Shown: positions 37,501 through 50,800 of the stretch, in pieces | Layout: each line of letters opens with the position of its first letter | Position numbering within the stretch: position 1 is the first letter of the stretch | The notes under the pieces: model-generated | What the model was told of the DNA's origin: nothing | The model's database searches: none | Seen by the model: the letters and a program-made list of their open reading frames with translations, nothing else | Made by a program: the position numbers and the translations under genes | Source: Intoshia linei | Lineage: Eukaryota > Animalia > Orthonectida | Assembly: GCA_001642005.1 (NCBI GenBank) | Contig: LWCA01000006.1 | Coordinates: forward strand, 43,884-107,883 | DNA length: 64,000 bases | Reading direction: 5' to 3'

Positions 37501-40500
37501 TTATTTTTTATATACATTTCTTGATCTTTTATTTTTCATTTTATTGGAACGTTTTTTTAAATTTAATTTAACTTTTCTTTTAACAGCATTTTGAGGATTT
37601 GTGATAAACTAAATTAAATAAATATAGGCTTGTATTTATCGCGTCAGTATTTTAGATGGTTTGTCAGTAGGAATATTGAATTGTCAGTTGATATAATGCA
37701 TTTTCAGTATTTTAGGTGTCAGTATAAATAATTGATTGTTAGTATTTAAATTGGAAGGGCAGTAAAAAAAATTATTTTGTCAGTACTTTAAATATACTGT
37801 CAATATTTAAATTAAAAAATGACAAATATGTAATTGAATACTGACAAAGTACATTTTAATATTTATACTGACAATTTTTGTTGAAAGTACTTGGAAGGCA
37901 TAGGAATTGTGTAAATTCCCAAAGAAAAATAAAAAATTGAACCAAAAATGTATTCATAAACAATGCGTATGCCATATAACCCTAACCACCTGTATACGGA
38001 GCAGGAGTTTAAATTTTAAACAATTATCATATTCAAAAATAAAATTTTTTAAAATACCCCATTTTACAAAAATTCGTCGAGCCTCACTGAAAAGAGGTTA
38101 TGCTCAAAAGTACAATTTATTTTTTTTGGCCACCCATAAATAAATAAAAATCAGAATTTTTTCATTGCAACAATGTTTTTTTAAAAGTAAAGTGGGTTTT
38201 TACAAAGTTGACATTTTTATCCAGCAATCCTCAAACAATTCAAAAAAGTTTTCAAACTGATTCGTTCGTATAAATTTTTTTCTCATGGTCAATAAAATCA
38301 ATCATGCAATGTTAAAATTACTTCTTGGAGTTGTTCTTGTTTTCGTTTGTTGACACGTTGTGTATTATCCAATTTAATCTTAATAAGTTTGTTGCTAAAT
38401 TGATCATCTCCTAATACATTTTGATATTTAAGTAAAAGATCATTAGCAATTTCAATCAAATCAAATCCTTTAGATTTACAATTTAAAGACTGAATTCTAA
38501 CCAAGCAGTGTAAGATAATGTCTACACTGTCTTTAAAAATTATTAAAGCATCTTGATAAATTTTTTTACACCAATATAATAAAATTTTACGACACGCAAA
38601 TTGAGTTCCCTGGTTAATTTGCTCTGTAACGGCTTCATGGGAAATTTTTTCGACAATATACTGTACATTGAATTCTTTTTTGGATAAACTAGTTTCATTT
38701 TGAAGATAAATTGATAAAAAAACCAGAGTTTGACAAAAACACAGACACACTTTATCAAGATCATCGCGTTCGTAAACATTAAATATACTTTTACTCAATA
38801 ATGTCACCCAAGAATCATTCAAAATTTCAGAATTAAACGTTTTGAGTAAAAAGGAAACCACATTCAAGCTTTTACCAATAACCAACACGTGGGGATGGTT
38901 TAAAAATTCAATACAATTTTCTTTTAAGCAGAATTTGTCCAAAATATTTTTGACAGCTTCATGAGAGCTTTCGAAAAAAAATAATACAAATGATAACAAA
39001 TTGTAATAAATCAAATCTAAATGCTTATTTGACATGTTGATTTTATTGAAAAATGGTTTGATGGATGTGGACAAATTATTCATAGTATACAAGAATGAAT
39101 CAAATTCATGCTGATCGTTTTCTGCCAAATGCCTTAAAACCATACAACCCATGAGACCCATTGAATTCAAACTTTGTTCGTGCTGGTTAATAGAGTTTAT
39201 CCAATCAATACTCATTTGAATAATTTGTTTTCTTTGCGAAATAGTAATTTTGTTCCAGAGCATTTTTAAAACAATTCCTGATAAATTTCTATTTTCCTTG
39301 TTGGGGTCACTACCAAAACATCGAGCTACCGTCAGAAAGATTAATTCAAAATTATCGACAATTCGATCAAGTGTTTTGGGTTTGATAGAATGAATTAAAC
39401 TTACAATCATTTCCAAACACGAAAACCGTACTTGCGTATACCCTTTTAATAAATGACCCAATATATCTTGCAATATAGAGTTGAATTTGATTTTTGTAGT
39501 TCTCATTAAATAAAAATTTACAATAGATTGACACTCTAGACGTGTTCTATCAATTTGGGAGCAAATTGCCAATTTTTTTAATTTTTGCATAATGTTAACA
39601 AAAATTTTCATAAATTTGGATTTTTTTATTAAAACCCTCAATAAATGCAAACTAGGTGCAATTGGTCTGGTGGTTTCTTGAATCAATTCAGTGTCAATGT
39701 AATGTAAGATCAAAGCTACTTCTTCTTCGGATGGAATATAGCTGATACTTATAAATGCGGCAATTACCGAATAACAAGTTCTGAGTAACACTAAATTTTC
39801 CATAGAATCTGAAGCTCCGGGTTGAATGTAGATGGAAACCAAATTAAACAATTGCTTCATGATAACTGTGGTATATTCTTTAATAATGGGAAATTCGTAT
39901 CCAGTCAAAGTTTGATAACGCTTTAAAGTTTTCAAACATAAAGATACGACCGGCGTATAGTTACTGTATATTCCCCAGATAATGACATTAACAGTTTTTG
40001 TCAATATTTCAAAATTTAAGAAATTAGAATCTCCTTGAAATACGAGACTGGAATCAAAAAGTTTTCCATCAACTAAAGGTAGTTTGTTATGTTTTATACA
40101 CAATAAAATTAATTTACAACAAAACTGTATATTATAAATGTTTGCATTTTTTCTAAATTGTTTAATAGTGTTGTGCATTTCATTTACGGAAACAGTCAAC
40201 ATGTTTAAATCTGACGAATAGATTGGGATTAAAGGAAAAAGGTAAACGTTTAAAATATCATAAATGGTATCAATTTCAATTTTAGGGTTGTCCATCAAAC
40301 TGTAGCAAATTTTATTACTAATATTTACCAACTTGTCGATAATTTTGATATTTTGGGTTTCAGAAAATTTGCATTTAAGAGTACATAGTAATTGTTGCAC
40401 AGTTTCTTTAGAACTGAACCTAATTAGCATGCTGAAAGTATCTAAACATCTATCTTTTTTGTATTCAAATAAATGTGATGCTTCTTCAGGGATATCTGTC

Positions 40501-43500
40501 TCAACGTGCGTTTCACCCGATGAAAATATTAAATCAAAATGCAAATTGGTAATTTTTTCAATAGAGAAAAAAGTCAATAGATTCAAATTTTTATTTTCCT
40601 GGTCCAAATGTTTTAAAATTGAATGAATAGTGTACAATAAAATGTGTTTCAGGTACCCTCTATTCAAAGTACTAGATAAATCCAACAAAAATTGATTAAA
40701 ATATTCTACACCAACCAAACTAATCATTTTAGTCAACAATTTTCTAGTCCATTCACGAACATCCAAGGAACGGGATTTTAAAATGTTAATGACATTTTGC
40801 ATCGTATAAGGGATCAATTCATACATGTCTTTTGGAGGCAAAAGTTTCAATAGTTTAATAGTAATATATGCTACTGGTGCTTTTAGTTTAATTTCCAATT
40901 TCGATTTACTCTTTGATTTTTGAGACAGTTTATGACTTTTATCTACAGAAATAGTTTTAACCAAAATTTCATGCAAAAGAGGCAATAAAAACTTTTTAAA
41001 ATAATTAACCACGTCTTTAGTCATTTTAGTTTTAGTAAAACCGTCAATAATTGAAGAAATTAACTTTAAAATCATTTTCCACTTTTCAGAATCTGATTTT
41101 ACTAAAAGTTTTAAAGTTTTGTGTAATAAATGACTATACTTTTTCCAGGAAAGCATGTTGCATAAAAACTTAAACGTATTAACGGCAACACTAAACTGGT
41201 TTTCAGAGATATTAATTTTGTTTTTTTTCAAATTAATTGCAGGCCAAATAAACCACCCTACAATAGTTCGTAAAGTTTTCTGTACACTCAAGTTAAGTAT
41301 AATATCTGAATCTAAATCTCTTCCAAGCAATGCCAATGCTTTAGCATGTCGATGTCCTTGAATGCTAGTAATATTGGAGAAAAAGTTTAAATTGTCATTT
41401 TCGTTTAACAAAAAAGAATAATCCTGTAAAAACGTTAAATTTGAATATAATTTATTTTTTGAACCAATAAAACACATGACCATGTGTTGCAGTACCGGTG
41501 CGTACGTTTTCGCACCTTTATATGAATCTTGCATATTTTTCTGTAAATTTTTGTGTAAAAAAATTATTAAATTGTAATTTTCTATTGAAAATAAAAAAAT
41601 GAATGAAATCAACAACTTTATCACATGAAGTAGTTTAATATTTAGTGAGGATTCTTCATTTTTTTCCAGGACAAACAAAATATTCCAAAAAGCAAAATGC
41701 AAAAAATTTGAAGGTGTACTGTGATCATGTCGCTTTTGTTTTTCAAAAAAGTTAATCAATTCGTCGATGGCATTGAAACGTTCTTGATAATTTGGTTTAA
41801 GGCAATTTAATTCAGTTGAATTTATATTTTTGATAAAATTCAAAATAATTTTGTCAGCATTCAAATTTTCCAAAATTTGAATCAATTTAGTTCTCAACTC
41901 TATCGAGTCAATTAAATAAAACAACTTTGGCAAATAATCACAAACAGTAATCCAGTCAATTTTTAGAGAAAATCGAACCAATACATCAAAATTTTCAACA
42001 ATTTCACTTTTTTTAAATTTTTTCAAAACTTTCTTTTCAAGGTGACAAATCAAATTTTTGGCAATGACGTTTAAAAAATTATTTTCACTTTTATCAATCT
42101 TGATTTTCGATAAAATTGTTAATTCGTAATTGTTTAATTGGTTCTTTTTTTGGTGTTTAGATTTGATAATTTGAAATATTTGGGTCATCAATGGTTCAAG
42201 TAGGTTTTGATCAGAATTTAAAAGTTCACTAAATATTGATAATTCCAGAATATAGGCGGAGGAGCCTTTTAAACTTTTAATGTCAAAGATTTGAATGAGA
42301 AAATCCAACAAGTTTGACGGAGTTTTAAGTTTTGAGTTTAAAAAATTTAAATCATTCAAAATAAGCGGTCGCGTCAACATACTAATGTGATCATTTTTGC
42401 ACCATGATTGAATAAATTGGTACAACATTGATTCAGATTCTGGGTTAAATTGGTAAATTAGAGGAATGATAATTTTATTAAATAATTGAGTAATCATTTC
42501 ATTTGACCAGTTTAATTTAATTTTTTTTTTAAACAAAAAAAGTAAACTATTCAGACATTTTTTTCTGATAACAGATACTTTAGTTTTTTCTTTATATTTA
42601 TGTGTTTTGTCTATAAATTGATGCAATACGTTAATAAAAATATCTAACAATCGTTCCAAGACTGGCTGGTTTAATAAAAATCCATTTTTTAAAACTAAAT
42701 CGTGTAAATTGGTAGTAATTGCTTGTTGTTGAGAAAACGTTAATTCATCAACATTAGATTTAACGTACAATTTTAAAAAAAGCAACATTTCCGTGTCATC
42801 AAGATATCTCATGTATTTAAAAATTATAAATGAACTTTTAAAGTTTTTCGAAACAAGTTTTCCTTTAAGGATCCGCAAAACGTAAAACATTACACTAGAT
42901 CTCACCACACTATCAAAGAAACAGACCTCCGAGTTTGGATTGAATACTACGAGAACTGATTTCCATTTTTCACCCAACAAGAGGTTGAATTTATCAGAAA
43001 AGTTTTTCAGAACTTTAAACGTGTCCACGTGATGGGTTAAACAATCCAATGCATATTTTTGCATGGTCATGTTGCCAGATTCCAACTTTTCTAAATAAAA
43101 ACTTTCCAAATCCATTTTTATAACAGTTTTAATTGAAGCAAATGATTGAAAAATGATTGTAGAGACGATTTTAAACGGTTTGCTGGTATCGAAATAATCT
43201 TTAACATTTCTTAAACTTGATTCATCATTTTCTTGGTTTTTTATGATAAAATTGGAAGGATCTGAATCAGTTTTTGAAATTTTAAGCGGCATCTGAATAA
43301 ATTTATTTTTTCTTTTCAAATTTTTAGATTTAAAATTTTGGCATTTTAAAATCGATCCAAGCAAATGAATAACATCTTTTGATAATTTTCCTGAATTCAA
43401 TTTAATCAAGTCAAAAATATTTTTTAAAAATTCAAATAATACAGTTTTCATTCCTTTTTGTTGATTAATATGAAAATTATTATTCATAAAAACATGTAAA

Positions 43501-46500
43501 TTTTCAAAAAATTTTAAATTTGAACCAGAGTTTGGTTCCAACACTGTATCAAAAACAAAACAAAAAAGCTGCGATACGATTGACATTAAATTTCCGCCAA
43601 ATTTAGACTGACCAAAATAAGAAGATAATATTCGAGAAACACGATTATTCCATAGAGTAAACTGGTTAAAAAACTGAGACAGTAAAAAATTGGCCACAAA
43701 CAACATATACTCATCAGAATTGTATGCTTTTAAAAACAAATCTATTCGAAAATTTTGAATTTTAATATTCTTGTTTTTAAAGGTGTAAAAACTAGTTTCA
43801 ATCTCATCACATTCAATACACATTTTGAGAAAATGTAAATTTTTACATAAAAATAAAATTTTGCAAATTAGTATTCTTTTTTCAACTAGAGGGGTCAGTA
43901 TTTCAAATTTGTAAATATCAAAATATTCATCGAAATAATAGTTCAAAGATGTATCATTTGTTTGATGTTTGGATAAAATTCCAAAAGTAAATTTTAATAA
44001 ATTTACATCCAAGAATTTATATTTTTGATAAAAATATTTGTTCAAACTAATCAATTCATTTTGAGATACACTTAAACAAGAGTAATGAAAAAATTCAGCT
44101 GCGATATTACAAATATTGACTATAGTTTTCGGAGAAATAGTTTCCTGTTTTAGCGAATTTATACAAAGTGTAAATAAAGATTTTAAAAAAGATTTTTCCT
44201 TCTCAATATCTAATCCAACATTTCCGAGAAATGTCCAAAATGCTAAAATTTTTTTGAACTGCACAATATCTGTCCAATTTTTATTTTCTTGAAACGAATT
44301 TGCAATTTTAAAAGACTGAGATCTCAAATTTAGTAAATTATTTGGATTTATCATAGATATGGGGAAATTGTGCATAATTTCAATAAAGTGGTTGAATAAG
44401 CCATTGCTTTCGTAAAATTCACAAATAACATTTAAATTTTGGCAAAAATTATTAAAACTAATCCAATTTACTATATTATTCAAATAATAAGCATGTCTTT
44501 GATCTGTTTCCAAAAATTGCAAATAATTTTCCATATATGTGAAAACGTTACATCTAGTTTCAACATTTTTATATAATGATTCAACAAATTTTAAAATATC
44601 GTTATTCAAATTATTATTATTCATTAAAAGGTGAAAGTCTTTTATTTCGATAAACCAATTTGACAGAATTTTTAGTTTTTCATTGTCCAATTTTCCAGAT
44701 TTTTCAATTTTAGTTAAACAATAAATTATCAATTTAAACGTAAAAATTGCATGATACTTTTCATTTAAAAAGTCAAAGTTTGTCAAATATTGACAAAAAT
44801 TCCAAATTGATTTTTTTTCGTAATTTTTGGTTATATCCAACAATAAATATGTAAATATTTTTAAAAGTTTTGATATTTCTGTATCGATTTTGATATAACT
44901 GAAAATATTATCAAATAAACGTTGGTAGTTTGAATAAAATCCACCACAAACTCCACGAATAGATTCTGAAAATATACAAGATACGCCAAAAATCAAATTT
45001 TCGTCGTCACAAAATGTTAATACATTTTCAATGACAGAACAGTCAAAATTGCTCTTTTTTAGCACATACGCAATTGATTGAGCCGAAAAAGTCACAATTT
45101 CCTTTCGAACTATCGAATCGTTCAATAAATTTGAAACAACGTTCAAAATTTGAGGTAAATCGGTATATATACTTTTCCATAAATACTTAAAAACATGTAC
45201 TAAACATTGTAAAATAGATTCCAAAATATCAGAATTTTTGGAATAATCTCTACATACCAACCTTGTTAAAATTTCCAATATTTTTGGCGTAAATTGACTG
45301 GCTTCATAATTTAAATCACGTATAAAAGATATTAACAATCTAAAAAATAAATAAATTAATATGGCAAGTTTTATAATTGTCAGTAACATGTAGTGGTTCC
45401 TTGGCCCAAAACTATATTTCTAGGGTAGGTGAGATTCAAATTAAATATAAAAAAATTTTTATCAACTTAAGTTTACTTTATATTTATAATATATTATATA
45501 CTTATAATAATAGATGCTGGGAATTTATCCCAAATCTTAGACGACAGCTAAATTATTATTTCAAATATACCACTTTTACCCCACTATTAATAAAATTTAA
45601 TAAAAAATACCATTTCAAACCCTCAGGCAAAAATAGACTTTTACCGATATTTTTTTTGATTAATCCGATTTTACCAATCCTATCTTATGAAATGTTATCA
45701 ACGCTTCTTAATACAAAATAAAAAATTTAAATTTACCATCTCTTAATAGAAAAATCTCCTTTGTAATATTTTTTTAAAAAACATGATTCTACCAAATCTT
45801 ATGAGAAAAACCTTTAATTTTTACATGAATGTTTTATGTTTCAACTGTTTTTGTTATACCGATATTTTTTTGAAAAATCCAGTTAATCATGCCCCAAAAT
45901 AAAAAATCCAAATTTACCATTTCTTAATAGAAAAATCTCATTTTTTCAATATTTTTATGAAAAACATGATTTTACTAAATCTTATGAACAACTGCTTATT
46001 AATCCAAAACAAAAAATCCAAATTTACCAGCCCTTAATAGAAAAATCCCCTTTTCAATATTTTTTTCAAAAACACGATTTTACCAAATGTTATGAGAAAA
46101 AAAATTTTTTTAAAAATTTTTTCATAAATATTTTATATTTCATGTTTCCTATGGGGGTCAAAAAAAATGTTTTTAAATGGAACTTTTGATATAGTGTGTT
46201 TAACTTAGTTTTTTTAAAACTTATTAAGTACTAAGAAATTAGTATTACAAAATAAAAACTCAGTACAAAAAAAATTCAAAACATGAAATTAATATTGCTG
46301 ATATTGGATTCTATGGAAAAAGAAAATAAATTATATTGATTACAATAAATAAATAACTGATATTCGAATGATATAATAATTGGTTATAAATTACTTTTTG
46401 TAGACATAAAGTTTTTGTTATAAAATTTTAAATTTTAAAATTCAGTTTCAATTAATTCTGGCGTAATCATATTTCTACGAATAGACGTGGATAACCCCGT

Positions 46501-47240
46501 CGCATAAAATAATCTTTCAACTGATGCACTATTGCAGGTATTGATAATTTAATTTATTTAATGTAATTTTTCAATGCATTGATTGAAAAACTAATCTAAT
46601 TGGCAAAATTAATAATTTTTAAAAATAAGTTTTGAAACTCAGTAAAATTAAAACTAAGTTACGTGAAAATTGATGACGTTAAAAAAATGAATTTGTGAAA
46701 TTTACTAACACTAGTAACATGTAATAATTTATAAATAAAGTAAATGAACACTGAAAATTTCAATTAAAAACAAGTAAATAATTAAGTAATTATTACCGTA
46801 AAATAGGTTTAATTGATTCGGAATGTGATATTTCAAATGATTTTATAAAATAGTCGAAGACTGTACACTAAATTAATTAAATTTAACCATTAAAATAAAC
46901 CTTGTGAAAAATCAACTGGGGCAGGGTCTTTATTTTTGGTGATACATTTTTTTTAAATTCCACTAAATTTTAATGTTAATTATAAATTAATTCAGATTAT
47001 ACCAAATAGTTTTGTTTTGTATAGTTCAGTTTGTTGTTCCAACTCATTTATAAATATAGTTGCTTTATTCTAATCAAAATTTGATAATTTGTTAGATAAA
47101 ATTTACATTAAATTCTTCAAATCTATTTAAATTCAAATTTGATACAGTTATTTGTGATAATTGCTTGTTAAAAGACAAAAACTAAAAATTATAAATTTGG
47201 ACACTTGTACATTTTATATTACTTTAAATTTGTTAGGCAT
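37501..47240 (-). CDS. UTP20: Small subunit processome component UTP20 (HEAT repeats); five short 5' exons, a 7.0-kb exon (45339-38322) and a last exon
   Basis: MPNKFK|FLSFNKQL..; KTLPQLIFHK; ISFIRDL; NFFSNITSIQGHRHAKAL; LKSRSLDVREWTR..TLNRGYLKHILLYTIHSIL; last exon FITNPQNAVKRK.. with stop at 37501-37503. Confidence 0.92.
37640..37880 (+). repeat. GTCAGTA-rich repeat (family C) in the last UTP20 intron
   Basis: Multiple gtcagta units; matches 19870-20050. Confidence 0.75.
45440..46160 (+). repeat. Family B minisatellite-bearing element in a UTP20 intron
   Basis: Unique arm gggaatttatcccaaatcttagacg plus ~30-bp units; reverse complement of 49510-50480. Confidence 0.75.
46430..46545 (-). pseudogene. 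hAT transposase C-terminal dimerisation-domain relic
   Basis: SIPA/NSASVERLFYATGLSTSIRRNMITPELIE resembles PATSASVERLFS..G..RRNRLSP. Confidence 0.7.
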
Positions 47241-47680
47241 TTTTAATTTTAATTAGCGATATTACGTCTTGAAAAAGTAAACATATGTTTATTGTTAATT
47301 TTATTTGGTAGATGAATTATATATTTTTATATTTTTAGTTTACTCTGTTAAAACTGGGTAAGAAAGTAATACAATTATTTACAATTGAAAAAATTTGAAA
47401 ATTCCTTATAATGTGATCTAAAGGTTCGAAATTTAGCAACTTTGTATAAGTAATTAGATCAATGAAACATTTTTAGCAGTCGATAATTTATAGGTCACAT
47501 TTTTAGTTTTTATTTCTTGTAATTTGTATTAACTTAAGTTAAATTATAATTTCAATTTTAACCAAGAAATTAAATTTTTACACTTTTCGTGTTTATTTCT
47601 GGTTTAAATTGCACATTTTGATCTGCTGCTATCGTTTTGAGGAAGTTTCAAATTTATTTGAAATTTTGTAACGCAATGAT
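47241..47680. promoter_or_regulatory. Probable bidirectional promoter of UTP20 (-) and WDR26 (+)
   Basis: Head-to-head arrangement with ~450-600 bp of repeat-free spacer; position only, no motif evidence. Confidence 0.5.
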
Positions 47681-47843
47681 TATTCATTTTATCAAGTAAA
47701 CCTGCTTATCAATATGTTTATTTACAACCAGATTTTAATCATTTCTATAGTTTAAAATTTGGAGAATCCGAATATTTGATCTAGTTAACAATTGTTCCAA
47801 GTAAAATTGTTGGATATAATTAAATACAATAAATTTTTGTCAG

Positions 47844-50800
47844 GAGACTATTCTACTTTCTTTGCAATCTGGAATCTAACCAAGATAATAAAGCTAAACA
47901 GTCTACGCCACATTCAAGGAGTTCTAGTGCGGAATCTGATACACAATATCGTATTGACGAATCGCGTACTAGTCAATACTCATCATTTACTGCACAATTA
48001 CCTAGCACATCCCAATTTACACAAAGTTTAGAGAGAAGGAAAAGCTTGAGATCGCATTCACGTGCCATTTCTCAAAATTCAGCTCTCACTCAGTCTACAA
48101 GTAGATACAGCGAATCTGCTTCTCCCAGACCCAATAAAAGGCAAAAGCGGTCCATCCAATCTAGCAAATCAGTTAGTAGTGCATCCGCTTCTCCAACTGA
48201 ACCACCTCAAAAAATAAATAAATCTGAATTTCTTGAACCCACTTCAAAATCACGTTCAAATAGTAAACTCAGTAAAGATACTCGTAAATACAATTTGAGA
48301 CATTCTATTGAAAATATTACCCTGGACAACGATCAACAATCTGATGTTATGACGGTGTCTCGAAATAAGGATATTGAACAAGCTAACGGTATAAAACACG
48401 TACACAGCATTACCAATTTTACATGTGAGCATTGTGGACGTTCAAGTAACGTCAATTACGGGGATGATGGCAAAAATGGTAATTGTGTCAAACAAAGCGT
48501 CCAAGACGTGGAAAGTGATAAAATTACTAGTAATAGTATTGAAAAGGAATCATCCATGTCTAATGGAAAGGATGATGTTAAAACGGATTCATCGATTGAA
48601 TGTGTAAATAAAAATTTGATTAATCAACATAACTTAACCCGTAAAAAGCTTAATCAAATCACCAATGCAGAATTTTGTTCAAGATTCAATGACTGCATTT
48701 GTTTGAATGAAAAAAACAAAAATATATTTTCAATAAAAGGTGACGACACAAATACTTATATCCGAATCCCTAAAACCCCACTAATGAATTTACCATTATA
48801 TGACCAACAACTACTTAAAACTATTGGACAATATTTGACCAATTTAGGATTTGATCTTTCTTTTTCAGCAATTCAAATGGAATGTGGTTACAATTTAGAA
48901 AACCCTTCAGCGTCATCGTTAAGGGAATGCATTTTGTCTGGTAAATGGGATGACGCCATTTGGTATATAAAAAAGATAAATCACCAAATTGACGATAAAT
49001 CTGTTATAAATAAAATTAAACTACACATTTACGAAGAAAAATATATTGAACATGTTTTGGATAAAGATACCATGAATGCCTTTGCTTGCTTACGTAACCA
49101 AATGACTCCTCTTGGCGCAGAACATTCACAAATTCATTTTATTAGTCAGCTTTTGATGGTTGATGATAGTGATGAAATTTTGAATATTACTAACCGGCAT
49201 CGAGATAGACAGGTCAATAGAATAAAGTTGCTCAATAAAATTAACGAACATTTACCTTCTATAGTTATGATTAACCAGGATCGCCTCAAAACTCTTATTC
49301 ATCATAGTTATTTATACCAAAAATCCTCTTGCATATTTCACAATAAATTAGATAGTGATGTGCACTATTCTCTTCTGGATGACCATATTTGTACAAGGTT
49401 TGCATTTATGTCGGTTTTTTTGTTAATTAACAAAAAACAAAATAAAATGAATAATTTTAAGCAATGGTCCCAATTCAAATAGGGTAAGAACACCCTTTGA
49501 AAATATTCATTTTTTTTGACTCGAAGGAAACATGAACTATATATTATACCATATAACTATAATACATTTATGAAAAAATATTGAAAAAAGGGATTTTTCG
49601 GCTTGTAAATTTGGATTTTTTTAGTCATTTTGGTTTTGGATTAAGATGTCGTTCATAAGATATTGTAAAATCAGATTTTTAAAAAAATATTGGAAAATGG
49701 GGATTTTTCCCTTAAGGCTAGGTAACATTGGGTTTTTTATTTTAGTGCATGATTAACTAGATTTTTCAAAAAAATATCGGTGTAACAAAAAAAGATGAAA
49801 TATAAAACATTTATGTAAAAATTAAAGGTTTTTCTCATAAGATTTGGTAAAATCATGTTTTTCCATTAATAGATGGTAAATTTGGATTTTTTATTTTGGA
49901 TTAATAAGTCGTTCATAAGATTTGATAAAATAGGGTTGGTAAAATCGAATTTTTTAAAAAAATAGTGGAAAAAGGGATTTTTCTATTAACGGCTGGTTAA
50001 TTTGGATTTTATATTCTATTTTGGTTTTGGATGAATATGTCGTTCATAAGATTTGGTAAAATCATATTTTTGAAAAAAATATTGGAAAAGGGATTTTTTC
50101 ATTAATAGATTGTAAATTTGGATTTTTTATTTTGGATTAAGAAATCAGTGTTCATAAGATTTGATAAAATCAGATTTTTGAAAAAAATATTTGAAAAATC
50201 GGATTTTTTCCTTAAGGGTTGATAAAATTGTATTTTTAATTTTGGGGTTTAATTTAACTGGACTTTTTAAAAAAAATATTGGTAACATTCGATTTTTCCC
50301 GGAAGGTTTAAAATTATATTTTTTATTAGATTTATATAGTAATGGTGGGATAAAAGTGGAATTTTTGAAATTATAATGTAGCGGACGTCTAGGCTTTGAG
50401 ATAAATTCCCGACATGTGGTAATTCTGTAATAAATATTAAAAATTCTCCTATAAAAATGAATAAAAGTTGATGAAAATTTTTTATTTTATTCCTGTAAAA
50501 ATATTATTTATTTAAAATAAATTTTGTTGTGACGAGGACATTTTTTATGAGTCGGAGCGTGATCATTATTGACCATTTATAAAATGTAAAAACTAAAAAT
50601 ATGCATACGTTTTTGCTTGCCTAAAAAAGTTGACAACCCGTTGTTATATTATAATATTTTTTATGTAGCAGAGAATTTCCGACCGAAACACAACAAGTAT
50701 TAACTGACCACCAAGATGAAGTTTGGGTATGTAAATTTTCACCAAATGGAAAAAAACTAGCAAGTGGATCAAAAGATGGTGTCATTATAATTTGGAATGT

